Source: Paramoeba atlantica (Eukaryota; Protista; Discosea). From it: 64,000 nucleotides of DNA. Below the pieces are notes generated by a model. That model did no database searches and was not told the DNA's origin. It saw nothing but the letters and a program-made list of their open reading frames with translations. Positions 51,933 through 63,174 of this stretch are shown piece after piece. The first letter of the stretch is position 1. Each line of letters starts with the position of its first letter. The DNA is taken from positions 806,001 through 870,000 of the forward strand of contig CDRNVI010000053.1 of the NCBI GenBank assembly GCA_977017575.1, given 5' to 3'. Position numbers and translations under genes: made by a program.

Positions 51933-53417
51933 ATGCACGAATCACTTTCCTTCTTTGATGATTCTTTGGTACAAGAAAACATCTCTCGTGCGGGGATTGA
52001 AGGGTCAGTCGCGATGCATCGCTCTTTTCAATCTCTCATTTCACAACGTTCCCTCCCGGAGGATGGGTGGTCCGAGTTAGCCATAGAGCGCTTTCTGCAC
52101 TTCCTATCCTCTCAGGATAGCAACAATTTTTTACATCATGTGGGAGGAGGGGAACGTGAGGGTCGTGTGCTTAGTTCTCTTGTTCGACGACGCCACTTCT
52201 ACTTAGCGCACGGCATGGGAAGGTCTGGGTACCTAACGGAAGACCAACCAAAGGCAGTTGGTTCCTCTTTGTTACAAAGGCTGACGAACCGGCTTGTCGT
52301 TTCTTTTTTTCAGAAATCTTTAGGTTGCACTTACGTCAAAGAGGCATGCATAGTACCCCTTTGCACTGGGATGTCGTTAACACTCGTTCTGAACTTTCTG
52401 CGTTCTAAGAGCCATTCGAACAAGAAATTTGTTCTTTGGCCTCGAATCGATCAGAAATCATGCTTAAAGAGCATATTTTGCGCAGGACTTGTTCCCGCGG
52501 TCATTCCTCTTACTCCATCTGCAAATTCGAATCCAAAAACCTGCTTTTCGGAAGAGGATGCTCACTTTTTGGCAACCGATGTTGCCGAAGTGAGACGATA
52601 TATTCGTATTCTAGGCGAGGAAAACATATTGTGCCTGTTGAGTACCACGTCTTGTTTTGCTCCGCGTCTTCCTGATGACGTCCTGCTCTTGTCGCGCCTT
52701 TGTAGTGAATTTAATCTTCCACACGTCGTGAATAATGCCTACGGACTTCAAAGCCGCGAAACAATGAAACGAATTAATGCCGGGATGAGCTCCAATGGCG
52801 GGCGTATCGACGTTTTAGTACAAAGTACTGATAAAAATCTTTTGGTGCCGGTGGGAGGTTCTATTCTTGCGTCCAGTAATCCTGAGACTATTCAAGAGAT
52901 ATGCAGCACCTATCCTGGAAGAGCAAGTATCTCACCAACTCTTGATGTTTTTATCACTCTCCTGCAGCTTGGCAAATCCGGAGTACGCGAGCTGTGGGAC
53001 GCCCGTCAGACTGTTTTATCTGAGTTTTTGGATTGTCTAAGACGTACAGCTGCGCGGTTAAAGGAAAATGCATGGATTCATCCCAAGAACGACATTTCCT
53101 TCGGACTTACTCTTACACATTTACCCACAGACGAGGCCTGCCGAAATCTTGGGAGCAGATTATTTCGCAACGGTGTCACGGGCACCCGAGTGGTGGGGAA
53201 AGATTCCGGTTCAAAATCTATTGAATGTATTACGTTTCAGAACTATGGCGCTCACTCTGGTTCATATTCGTACAAAAATTGTGATTTTCATATGGATTAT
53301 GTAGATCACTCCGATGGGATACCATACCTCTCTTTAGCATGTGCATTAGGAATGAAAAGAACTGAAGTACACAACCTTTTTCGCAAAATTGAAACGCTGT
53401 ATTTGAAATTAATGTAA
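51933..53417 (+). CDS. SEPSECS: O-phosphoseryl-tRNA(Sec) selenium transferase
   Basis: GEREGRV, HGMGRSG...QPKAVGSS, WPRIDQKSC, VQSTDKN (PLP lysine), YPGRAS. Confidence 0.96.
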   Translation: MHESLSFFDDSLVQENISRAGIEGSVAMHRSFQSLISQRSLPEDGWSELAIERFLHFLSSQDSNNFLHHVGGGEREGRVLSSLVRRRHFYLAHGMGRSGYLTEDQPKAVGSSLLQRLTNRLVVSFFQKSLGCTYVKEACIVPLCTGMSLTLVLNFLRSKSHSNKKFVLWPRIDQKSCLKSIFCAGLVPAVIPLTPSANSNPKTCFSEEDAHFLATDVAEVRRYIRILGEENILCLLSTTSCFAPRLPDDVLLLSRLCSEFNLPHVVNNAYGLQSRETMKRINAGMSSNGGRIDVLVQSTDKNLLVPVGGSILASSNPETIQEICSTYPGRASISPTLDVFITLLQLGKSGVRELWDARQTVLSEFLDCLRRTAARLKENAWIHPKNDISFGLTLTHLPTDEACRNLGSRLFRNGVTGTRVVGKDSGSKSIECITFQNYGAHSGSYSYKNCDFHMDYVDHSDGIPYLSLACALGMKRTEVHNLFRKIETLYLKLM

Positions 53418-53695
53418 TGATACGGCGTTGTTCTATTTTTGATGTTTTGGTGAGGCGCATTTATGAACCTTCGACATCAAGTTTGCGATCTGGAACTATT
53501 GGAGTAAGGTCGCGTCTTTTCAACTCGTAGAGAACCTACATTACTTGTAATACAGGCTGTAAAGTAATTCATAAGTACTAATCCACGCTTATAAACTTTT
53601 ATTTCATCAGGTGATCCAGTGTTACAGGAATATTCTTCTGGGAGTAGCATGAGATTGGAAGATAGCAGAGCAGAGAACTCGATTGCAGATTGTTA

Positions 53696-55252
53696 ATGAA
53701 ATGTCAGAGCGGATCCAGCATTCAAACTTACCAAACCTATTTATCAGAGCATCAGCAAGATCTTTATGACAGACAAATTGTCTTGTGGGGGGAGGAAGCG
53801 CAGAATCGACTCGCTCTCTCTACTGTTTATCTCTTGGGAATAAGTGCTGCCGCGTGTGAAGCGCTTCGATGTCTTGTTCTTGCAGGCTTGGGTTCGTTTT
53901 GCATTGTAGATGAGAGGTTCTGTACGCCGGACGATCTGTCTTCTGTCATTAGTTTCGGCGATATGCAAGAAGGTTGTTTTCGTGCCCAGGCTTCACGAGA
54001 TTTTCTTGCGGACTTGAACACGTCATGCATGTCGCATGCAGTGCTTCGTGATCCAGCTGAATGGATTTCTGAAAATGTCAGCACGTTCGACGAATTTTCT
54101 CTTGTTCTCTGCGGGGATGTTGAGCGAAAATCTCTTTTTCAAATTGCTTTGGCGGTCTCTATGCAATGCGTTCCTTTGTTATATGTGAGATCTCTCGGCT
54201 TTTTCGGGTGTCTTCAAGTCCAAATTCCCCCTGTTGTGGTTGTTGATTCCTATCGTGATGAGGAGTATTGGGATCTTAGATTGGATAATCCTTTCCCGGC
54301 TTTAGTCAAATTTATCGAGCATCATTCAAAAGTTGTACATGAAATTAAAAATTTGAAGACATCAAACATTCTTCCGTGGCCGATTGTAGCCTATATTATT
54401 TTGTTGAAATCTAAAACTTTGAGCAGTATCGAATTCGAAAACGAAGAGCAGACTCATCCCTTTGCTGCTCGGGAAATTTTGAAGCACAAACATCAGTTAA
54501 CCACACCACAGTTGACCGAGAACACTCAAACCGTATTTTCGCACGTATCACTCGATACCCCTAAGAATGAATCAATTGCTGTTCTTCGAAGCATACGGGA
54601 TTTTTACAATTCTAAAAATTTGTTACCACACTCGGGTCTACTCCATGACATAGAATGCGATGCTCAAGTCTATATTCAGCTTAGAAACATATATTCTACG
54701 AAACATAATGAAGACGTAGAAGTCGTAGTTCAACAGGCCAAAAAACATATTTTATCTTTCGTTGATCCTATCAAACTACGGAAGTACGCGCAATTGTACT
54801 GTCGAAACGCCCACCGCTTACATATTTGCGAATCTTCTACCAGTATTTTTGAATGTATTTCCTCCTTCGAAGGATGCATTGCTGAAGACAACGCTTCCAT
54901 GGCCTCTGATTCACTCACTAATATTGACCCCCTCGTAGCCCTCTTTTTACTTTTAGACACCGGCTTTGCTGATTTTCGAAATACTGCTGTGTTCAAAGCA
55001 CCCAATGCAGCGGATGCGTTCACAAAGCAGAGGGATACGGAGGTTCGTGCTTGCTCCAATCTTTTTAATCATAATTTACATGAATATCTGTCACGGCTTT
55101 ATCAAGAGAACGTTGGTTGTGTTGACTCTGTTTCTAGTATTTTAGGTGGATTCGCTGCACAGGAAGCTCAAAAACTTTTGACCCGAACGGGAGTAATTAT
55201 GCCTAATGGTCTTGTATACGATGGTATGAGGAATATTTGCCGGAATCTTTGA
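53696..55252 (+). CDS. NAE1: NEDD8-activating enzyme regulatory subunit (APPBP1/Ula1-like)
   Basis: LYDRQIVLWGEEAQ, EALRCLVLAGLGSF, WDLRLDNPFPAL, SSILGGFAAQEAQKLLT. Confidence 0.88.
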   Translation: MKCQSGSSIQTYQTYLSEHQQDLYDRQIVLWGEEAQNRLALSTVYLLGISAAACEALRCLVLAGLGSFCIVDERFCTPDDLSSVISFGDMQEGCFRAQASRDFLADLNTSCMSHAVLRDPAEWISENVSTFDEFSLVLCGDVERKSLFQIALAVSMQCVPLLYVRSLGFFGCLQVQIPPVVVVDSYRDEEYWDLRLDNPFPALVKFIEHHSKVVHEIKNLKTSNILPWPIVAYIILLKSKTLSSIEFENEEQTHPFAAREILKHKHQLTTPQLTENTQTVFSHVSLDTPKNESIAVLRSIRDFYNSKNLLPHSGLLHDIECDAQVYIQLRNIYSTKHNEDVEVVVQQAKKHILSFVDPIKLRKYAQLYCRNAHRLHICESSTSIFECISSFEGCIAEDNASMASDSLTNIDPLVALFLLLDTGFADFRNTAVFKAPNAADAFTKQRDTEVRACSNLFNHNLHEYLSRLYQENVGCVDSVSSILGGFAAQEAQKLLTRTGVIMPNGLVYDGMRNICRNL

Positions 55253-55506
55253 TCCGCAATAAACGCATAAAGCACGTAACAGGAATGGTCATACTTCTAA
55301 ATGGTTGAAGGAACAAACTTATATCTTACACCTACTACTAGGGACTACGTATAGTACGTGTATTCGTATGTGTACGTATGCTTACGCGTATACGTTTGTA
55401 TTGCACAAATATTTATAAATTATATGTTTATACACATGCATGTTCTCACATGCTTACATGAACGTTGTATATCACTCTTCTATTTTTATCTTTCGCCTGA
55501 TACACC

Positions 55507-55887
55507 ATGAATCACATGTCTAAATTTCGTGCTTCCAGCCAATTTTTTTCTAGTCCATTGTTTCGTAATTGTCACAGTCGACCAAACCACGCGCTCTTGT
55601 ACTCCACATCGTTACGCTTCTTTAATTTTCATATGCGCTACGCAGATTTCGATTTACCCACCAGGGGAGAGTTTCCGCATGGACTTGAGAATCCGGGATT
55701 TATCAAAAAAATGGATAAAAATTTGCCGTGGTATTTTACACACTATCGCACAATGCACATATGGCCTCGAGACGGCGATGGCTGGGATGATCTGGAAAGC
55801 GACCAAAGGCAATCAGACTTGCACATGTACTACACCTTGGCGTGGTGGAAATTAGGTGCGGATATGTCAAACCCGAATGATTATTAA
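55507..55887 (+). CDS. Small putative mitochondrial protein of unknown function
   Basis: 126-aa ORF; R/S/F-rich presequence-like N-terminus; W/Y/D-rich C-terminal half; co-oriented with the cluster. Confidence 0.6.
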   Translation: MNHMSKFRASSQFFSSPLFRNCHSRPNHALLYSTSLRFFNFHMRYADFDLPTRGEFPHGLENPGFIKKMDKNLPWYFTHYRTMHIWPRDGDGWDDLESDQRQSDLHMYYTLAWWKLGADMSNPNDY

Positions 55888-56073
55888 AAAGACTTAAAGA
55901 TATGAGAAGTCGAATGACATTGTGTGGAGTAGTAAAACTTGTTTTTTAATGTTGCAACAGGCTCCTACATAAATATTGAGCGAGAAACAGACTTACAAAA
56001 CTTTTTGAGAAGTAATCGGTTGACAGCATAAAAAAATAGTTTTTAGCTGATCATTGTTTCTCTTTATTTGTTC

Positions 56074-56688
56074 ATGTTCTCTAAAGTACTAGCTTCATCC
56101 CTAAACAGAATTTCGCATTTAGTACAGCGCTCACAGCTACGATCATATTGCAAGGCTCCCGTTATTGCGTCTCATTCATCCCGTCCAGATGCGGAATCGC
56201 GTTCATCGAATAGTTTTCCTTCAACTATCTGCCTAGACGACCAGAAATTATTTCACGCAGCCCTAAAAGGGTCTGATCATGAATCATATGATCTTAGGAA
56301 TTATAAAGCACCTGTACAGCAATGTCCGGAAGACTCAACTCAGTCTTTAGATGCAGAGATAAACAACTGCTCGGGTCTTTCCTCGGAAAGTAAGTCAACA
56401 ACATCGAAACGGTTGGGCGATAAGGGTGTGGGTCCATCTTCTGGAGAGTTGCTGATGGCGTTTACGTGTACCAAATGTGAAACGCGATCCGTTAAGCGTT
56501 TCTCCAAACGATCTTACTACCATGGTATAGTCATTGTACAATGTCCAGGATGTAGAGGAAAGCACTTGTTAGCTGATCATCTTGGATGGTTCGAAAATCA
56601 GAAGGGAACTATAGAGGACGTTTTAAGAAAGAGGGGAGAAAGTATGCAACGCATAACATCGCAGGATTTGTTTTTCCTTGATTCTTAG
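56074..56688 (+). CDS. ZIM17: DNL zinc-finger mitochondrial Hsp70 escort protein (Zim17/Tim15/Hep1)
   Basis: FTCTKC...SYYHGIVIVQCPGC...HLLADHLGWF. Confidence 0.93.
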   Translation: MFSKVLASSLNRISHLVQRSQLRSYCKAPVIASHSSRPDAESRSSNSFPSTICLDDQKLFHAALKGSDHESYDLRNYKAPVQQCPEDSTQSLDAEINNCSGLSSESKSTTSKRLGDKGVGPSSGELLMAFTCTKCETRSVKRFSKRSYYHGIVIVQCPGCRGKHLLADHLGWFENQKGTIEDVLRKRGESMQRITSQDLFFLDS

Positions 56689-56991
56689 ATTTTGGTAACA
56701 TCTGCTTTCTTTTATCGCTTGCTTTTTTATTGCAGTAAATTACATTGTAATTTGATCACAAACTATGTATTCTGTTTAACAGAATACGTAATTTCTGTAT
56801 TCACCCTTCTGTACATGTTTGTCTGAAAGTAAAGCCGATTTCCTTTTATTTTTTTTTATTTTAAAATCTATAAATAATTTGTACGTGTGTTTTTATCTCT
56901 GAATTTTTGTTTTAGTATTTTCGAAATTTGAAACGCTATATTATAGTTTTAGCGGACCCATTAACTACGATTCTTGAACTTAAAATTTTCA

Positions 56992-59121
56992 ATGGGAACC
57001 AAAGGCAAAAGAAAGCGTCTTCGACTGCGAATAGAGAATAGTACTCGAAAAACACTTTCGGGCATGGATGATGACTTGTATCACAGCGATGAAATGCTTA
57101 CTTCTTCAAAATCAATGAAGAGGAGTGAAAGAAATGCCATACTAGATGATAGCGCTATGCAAAGGTACTGCACTCCTCGCGGAGGTACGGCCAAGTCATT
57201 CGACACTGATGATCTTTCATCTGACGAATTATCAGAAAATAATTTTTCTAAAAATCGTAAACGCCAAAAGAAATTTACGGAGGCCAGTAGACTACGAGTG
57301 GAACTTCAAATGGAAAGTTCAATAAGTGAGAGTCTTGTGGATCATGTCGATAAAGCTACCTCACAGGAAACTATGAAAGATGGAAATAGCACATGTTCTA
57401 AATCGCCAGTTGACCATGTGGTTCCCGAGCATTCGTTTGTAAAAGAGTGGCAGGATTTTGGTATTCGGTCCTCTTTTCTTTTGCAAAATATTTCTTTGAT
57501 GCATTCTGCTCCTAGTCCTATTCAAAAGTTATGCATGCCTCTTATTATCAACGGTTATCATGTTCTGGGACATGCTCCTACAGGCTCAGGAAAAACGATT
57601 GCATATTTATTGCCTGTCATCGATAACCTGTATGCAAACAATTATCAATCTGTGGTTCTGTCGCCGACAAAAGAACTGGCTAATCAGATTTCTGGAGTAG
57701 GCATCTCTCTTATTACACCAGTGCCTGACAAAGATGATACGAATGTTGGTACACTATCTGACAAAGCGCACAAATCCACTTCTAAATTACATGATCCCTA
57801 TCCTTTGCGTATTGTTACACTAACAGGTGGCACCAATGTACGCTCGGAAGCCGAACGTCTCCCAAGTTCTCATCTTATTGTCGCTACTCCAGGTCGACTT
57901 CAGCACCATTTAGTCGAATCTGAATACAACTTGTGGAGCCTTCAAAGCATTCGAACGTTGGTTTTCGACGAAGCTGACTGCATGCTTCAACCAAGTAACA
58001 GATTAATAATGCACTCAATAATGAGCCGCATACGAATGCATTGCACTCAGTATATGTTTTTCAGCGCTACTAACACGCGAACTATAGATTTCGTTCGTCA
58101 CATTCTACCCGAGGCTATGCAACCCGACTTTTATCCCCCTTTACTTGTGGCTACCACATTATCCGGTTGCGTCAGACTTCTTACAGATGGTTCTATGTTT
58201 ACTTCTACAAAAACAAAGGACGAAGCTGAAAAATTATCGAGAATTGATTTTCTTAAAGGAACTAAGGAAAAGGAAATGGCAAAAGAAGGTTTGATTCCAA
58301 GGCGATTGCAGCAAACGTATATTGTCGTACCCCGAGATGAACGTCTGATTGCCCTTTTCGTTTTCTTAAAGCGAACATTAGACGAAGACAAAGGGAAGAT
58401 TATTATTTTCTTTAGCACATGCGCTAGCGCTGTATTTCATTGCATGTTAATGGGCTCTTCAGGTTTTCATGACCAATGTCTTATGTTACACGGAGATATG
58501 AAGCACCGTCAGCGCTTGTCAACCTACGAAATTTTCGTTCAATCGCCAGGGGAGATGGCTCTATTTACAACTGATGTTTCTGCACGAGGTCTTGATTTTC
58601 CAAAAGTCTCATGGGTATTGCAATATGACCCCCCGGTGAATCCTGTGGCGTATGTCCATCGTATCGGTAGGACCGCAAGAGCCTGTCAATCTGGTCTTGC
58701 CACATTGTTTATTGATCCTCTTGAACTTCGATTTATTTCGTACCTCAGGTCTCAAGGTATGAGCATATCTGAGCACAGATCCACGGACTTCGATTGGTCG
58801 TCGTCTACTGAGTACATGCGCAGTGCATTGGAACAAGTTATGGAAGAGGATCCGATTGTACATCGAGCGGGTCGAAAAGCTTATCTAGCATTTCTCAATG
58901 CGTACCAGTCTCACACACTTTCTGACATTTTTTTGGTGGAAGATTTAGATTTGCTAGATGTCTCGAGAAGTTTTTCTCTCTCTAATGCTCCTCCAGTCAC
59001 TCTTCGGAAGCGAAACACTTCAAAGCAAGATGATACCTCTTTAAGGTCCAACACTTATCAGAAAGGAAAGATGAAATCAATGATGCGAAAATACGGTCGT
59101 CTTCATTTCTATACGAAGTAA
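56992..59121 (+). CDS. HAS1: DEAD-box RNA helicase (Has1/DDX18-like)
   Basis: Q motif, TGSGKT, PTKELA, TPGRL, DEAD, SAT, ARGLDFP, HRIGRTAR; C-terminal AYQSH...LDLLDVSRSF. Confidence 0.85.
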   Translation: MGTKGKRKRLRLRIENSTRKTLSGMDDDLYHSDEMLTSSKSMKRSERNAILDDSAMQRYCTPRGGTAKSFDTDDLSSDELSENNFSKNRKRQKKFTEASRLRVELQMESSISESLVDHVDKATSQETMKDGNSTCSKSPVDHVVPEHSFVKEWQDFGIRSSFLLQNISLMHSAPSPIQKLCMPLIINGYHVLGHAPTGSGKTIAYLLPVIDNLYANNYQSVVLSPTKELANQISGVGISLITPVPDKDDTNVGTLSDKAHKSTSKLHDPYPLRIVTLTGGTNVRSEAERLPSSHLIVATPGRLQHHLVESEYNLWSLQSIRTLVFDEADCMLQPSNRLIMHSIMSRIRMHCTQYMFFSATNTRTIDFVRHILPEAMQPDFYPPLLVATTLSGCVRLLTDGSMFTSTKTKDEAEKLSRIDFLKGTKEKEMAKEGLIPRRLQQTYIVVPRDERLIALFVFLKRTLDEDKGKIIIFFSTCASAVFHCMLMGSSGFHDQCLMLHGDMKHRQRLSTYEIFVQSPGEMALFTTDVSARGLDFPKVSWVLQYDPPVNPVAYVHRIGRTARACQSGLATLFIDPLELRFISYLRSQGMSISEHRSTDFDWSSSTEYMRSALEQVMEEDPIVHRAGRKAYLAFLNAYQSHTLSDIFLVEDLDLLDVSRSFSLSNAPPVTLRKRNTSKQDDTSLRSNTYQKGKMKSMMRKYGRLHFYTK

Positions 59122-59278
59122 TTTCTGAACTTGAAATGGGCTCCCTTAAAAGCTTTTGGACATTAAATAATTCTTTGAAATGTTTTATGTATTTTGCGTA
59201 CACTTTTTCTGCAGAACAGTTTATTTATACACCTCATTTATGTATACTCCTCATTTCCTTTTATCTTTACTTTTAACT

Positions 59279-59602
59279 ATGTATAGTGCCGATATATCAA
59301 GTGAATCTGTCCACAACGGGGACAGACGGCGAACTCTTTCTTTCAGTGAACTTGTTTTACGTGGACTCGAGTCTGCACAAGACAAAACCGTTTCTTCATC
59401 TACAGAATCAAAATCGCATAATTCCACAAATACCTCAAAACGCTTGAAGGTTAATCACGTCTACATGAAAGCGTCTCATTTTAGGAAAGCACACGACGAT
59501 TTTCATGATATAGTTCCAATACGAAACATGTCTTGCGCACCCGATATAGATGCGCCGTCAAATATTTCTGCTTATGCTGTGCGCTACGGAAAAGGGTACT
59601 GA
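59279..59602 (+). CDS. Hypothetical small protein
   Basis: 107-aa ORF after a T-rich tract, co-oriented; no recognisable motif. Confidence 0.35.
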   Translation: MYSADISSESVHNGDRRRTLSFSELVLRGLESAQDKTVSSSTESKSHNSTNTSKRLKVNHVYMKASHFRKAHDDFHDIVPIRNMSCAPDIDAPSNISAYAVRYGKGY

Positions 59603-60036
59603 AGGCACGCCATACTTACGTGTACACTTGATGTGTTTACGGTGCAAACCATTGGGTGTATTCTTCTCTAAAAGACTATTTACCAAATTGGTGGAAGTTT
59701 TTAACAGCCTAGATACAGTATAATACACCTAGCTACGCAGACTCACCATTGATTTTCATTTCTTCATACAGTAGGTTCAACTCTACAGTAGGTAAGCTCG
59801 ACGTGGAAGTGGATAGCAACCACCGTCCGGGTTATTGTACCTATGGATACCTATTGCAACTCACAGGTATAATAACCCGAACAAAATTGAAATTTAATAT
59901 GCGAAAAAATATGATATTTCGGGTACAGACCACTTATATTACACCCACTTTCAAAATAATAATACAAATGCACTGAAATGTTTTCTTCTCCAGGGTAACA
60001 ATACACCCTTTACCTCACTTCCTCCTTCCTCTTACT

Positions 60037-61072
60037 TTACATCAAAAAATATTGCAGCATGCTAAAGGTTAGTTCCTCTTTGGTTGCATCCGATGGAGTT
60101 TCAACACCAGACTTTTCGGTTTCCTCAAAGTCTTCGAGTTCCACTTCATTATTTACTGACTTCAAGGCGACGAAGAGAGCCCGCATACGTTGTTGCCATA
60201 TTATTTTCTTAAAAAATAGAGTGTAGAGTGAAACTACCTTTTCAGCTTTTTCTGTGTCCATAGAAAGTCTTCCTTGCCTTCGTATCACACGCTTGACCGA
60301 CGAATGGCAAGATTCTGCGTTGTTGGTATGTACCCCATTTTCTGTGACGAATCGGTATTTACCACTTTTTCGGTGGTTCACAGTTCGGTGCTCTCGTACT
60401 TCGCTTAGTCCTCGGTAGCCGCGCCATCCGTCTGTATTTACGATGGTCCGATAGCTGTCTACCGTATACTTCCTTATCAGATTCTGTAGCGTGGAGGCAT
60501 CGCGCTTTTCGACACGTTTCCCTATAGTTCTTCCACAGCTCCCTTCTCTCTCGATACCTGTGATGGTGGCCATGCATATTGTTTTTTTACGATTCGCGCT
60601 ACCTCGATGATATTTTCTTGGGAAGAGAAACGTTTCTTCTGCTGCGCATTTATGAAATTTTGTTTCCTCGTTGCGCTTTGCCACCGCCTTCGAAATCCAA
60701 CCCAGTATCTCGCGCTTCCTTTTAAAAACTGTGTTTTGAGTTACGCAACTTTGGGAGGCTATGCTGTCCATTTCAACTCTCTGTCACAGCTTGACCCAAA
60801 AAGGAACTTCGACTGGGTTTTTTTTCTGTTTTGCTGAAAAAAAGGTAGCAATGTCGAGAGACGCTTTCGGCACTTATTATCTCCCTTCCGTCGCCAACAG
60901 ATGCACAGTGAATAGTTTTTTGTGATGAGTTCCTAGTACAGAGCTCATTTTTCACAACTCTATGAGCTTTCAAAAATGAAATGAAGCACGCGGGTAGATC
61001 TGCATCGTTCTTCCACCGAATAATGCATCGAAGGTCTACGCAGATACACATTTTTGAAAATTTATCTGACAA
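60037..61072 (-). pseudogene. Merlin/IS1595 (IS1016-like) transposase, frameshifted N-terminus
   Basis: RKYHRG, RDASTLQNLI, TDGWRGY (D2), HRTVNH, GVHTNNAES (E); the first D position reads AEET. Confidence 0.88.
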
Positions 61073-61216
61073 ATATTTCTAGGCAACTGGAGGGTGAGAA
61101 ACTATACAAGAAAATGAAATGTAAGAATGTAATGAAATGTAAGAAAATAAACTGTGTACAAAATTTTGAAAAGAGGGTGCAATATAAGTGGGCATTGCCC
61201 GATATTTCTTTTACTA

Positions 61217-61905
61217 CTCCCCCCTCCCTAAGAATTATAAATACGCCTTGAACTCGCACTTTTACTCCCTTATGACTTATAATTCCTATGTCTTTCATAA
61301 GTTATAATTATAAATGCAACTTCGACCGATTCGATCGATATTTTTTTTGTTTTAGGAAAAGAATCCTGTCACTACTTAATGGACCTCATGCGTACTGCCA
61401 CTGCAAGCCAGTGACAACTTGTGCAAGACACAAAGGCCATTTTTCTAGTGGACTTTACTTCGGTTGTTGTTAGACCATCAAAAAGGTGGGTTGAGAAAAA
61501 CGTTCTCTGGTTTCGCTTCATTTTCGAAATGAGTGAAAGTGACCGAGAGCACGCTCTGGATGAAACTCTTAAGTTCAATGAACTCGTTTTTGAGCATGAA
61601 TGCGTTCTACGTCAAACAATTATAGGCGCTCTAGAAACTCACTTTGGCAAAGTGATCGACAATATACGTTCCGAAGAATCACTAGAACGTACATGCCTCA
61701 TGAGCTTGATAACCTTACTGACGTAGGATTAGAACGATTATCTATTTGAAGCGCTTATTTGTAAAATTGTGATGGCAAGTATCTAAGATAACAACTTTTA
61801 CTCCCCTTCAGGTTCACCGGTTTCACATCCATAAGTAATTATAATTATAATTATAAATTCAAAAAAGTTATAATTTATACTTATAATTACTTATGGAGGG
61901 GGGAG
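61217..61905. mobile_element. 689-bp TA-flanked TIR element (family M)
   Basis: TA|CTCCCCCCTCCCTAAGAATTATAA ... TTATAATTACTTATGGAGGGGGGAG|TA; contains a 101-aa ORF fragment at 61421-61726. Confidence 0.75.
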
Positions 61906-61990
61906 TAAATAGCGTACGCATGTTCTCCATGGTTAAAGCACCAACACTATCTCATACAATAATGTACGCTTTGCACTATCGAACTTTGTA

Positions 61991-62905
61991 ATGCCTCGAC
62001 TCTTTCATCCCACATTCACACTCCCTTTGTCTTCAAGGTTTTATGTTTGCCCTTTCCGCTTTCGTTCATCTCAAAATTCGTCCATAAAAAGGGTTAAAAA
62101 GGTTTTGAAACGAGGTTATGCTGTGTTTCTGCATCCAGATTTAGCTTCAGATCACACTTCTTTCCTTCAAAGTTTTGGGCTTTCACCTTCCGACTTGACA
62201 ACCGTTCAAATATGCGGAAAAGATAAGTCGCATTTTGATACAGAATCGTGCATAATATTTTGTGTCGAGAGATACATCAGAGCCCAACGAATGCGAAAGG
62301 TGTTCGAAGATCATAAAGTCGAAGAAAAAGATGGGAATTTCGCCTGTACCTCTAATAAAATTTTCACCCAAAAAGTTCCAGAAGTCAAAGCTCGCACGCT
62401 AACGGACATCATTATTGCAAGTACCGAAAATAGTCTTGGAATTATTTGTGACAAAATGTCGACAAAATTTACCGCGCATTCATTAGCTTTAAAAGAATGC
62501 GAAGAGAACTCTTGGAATCCCTCGATTTTCTTTCCCATCAGTGATAATAAAAATCTGGAACGTTGGTTCGAAATACGTAGATACGAAAATGGTATTGATG
62601 ACGAGGATTCCGTAGCCTTTACTAGGTCGCGTATCTTAACCAAAATGGGGGATAACGTTGGTTCTTCCCGAACATTAAAGTCATCTCAATCATCCTGCTC
62701 CACGGGTACACGCGAAAGTACGGATACAGCTTTTTCAGTGGATAGTCACGATTCGCGATCGTGCTGTTCTCCTCCATTGGTAGAAATACTACCGCTTCAG
62801 TTTTGGATTGTTAGTCCCTCATACGTTGTCCAATATCCTTACGTGGCATGGAATCAGAAAGAGCACCGCGAACTAATGAATTCTCCTTACTTTGTCCGAC
62901 TATGA
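61991..62905 (+). CDS. Hypothetical protein, possibly mitochondrial
   Basis: 304-aa ORF, presequence-like N-terminus, FLHPD motif; family not recognised. Confidence 0.6.
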   Translation: MPRLFHPTFTLPLSSRFYVCPFRFRSSQNSSIKRVKKVLKRGYAVFLHPDLASDHTSFLQSFGLSPSDLTTVQICGKDKSHFDTESCIIFCVERYIRAQRMRKVFEDHKVEEKDGNFACTSNKIFTQKVPEVKARTLTDIIIASTENSLGIICDKMSTKFTAHSLALKECEENSWNPSIFFPISDNKNLERWFEIRRYENGIDDEDSVAFTRSRILTKMGDNVGSSRTLKSSQSSCSTGTRESTDTAFSVDSHDSRSCCSPPLVEILPLQFWIVSPSYVVQYPYVAWNQKEHRELMNSPYFVRL

Positions 62906-63174
62906 CACTTTAAATTGGGAGACAGACGATATTTCTCCGTCTGCGCACCTGAAAAGGACGAGTTGAGCGCAGCTACACCTTTGTAACTTGTGGAACTTCG
63001 ATACGAAAAGTTAGTTTATACCCGCCTTTTCGCAAGACTAGTTTCACATTTAGACTCACTAGTCGGATTAGTACCTAAATTGTGAAATCTAAAATCATAG
63101 TTGAATTCTTCATGTTTCTGATTACAGGACTTTATCTATCTTTTTATCATTTCTTCCCTCATGTTTGATCATAA

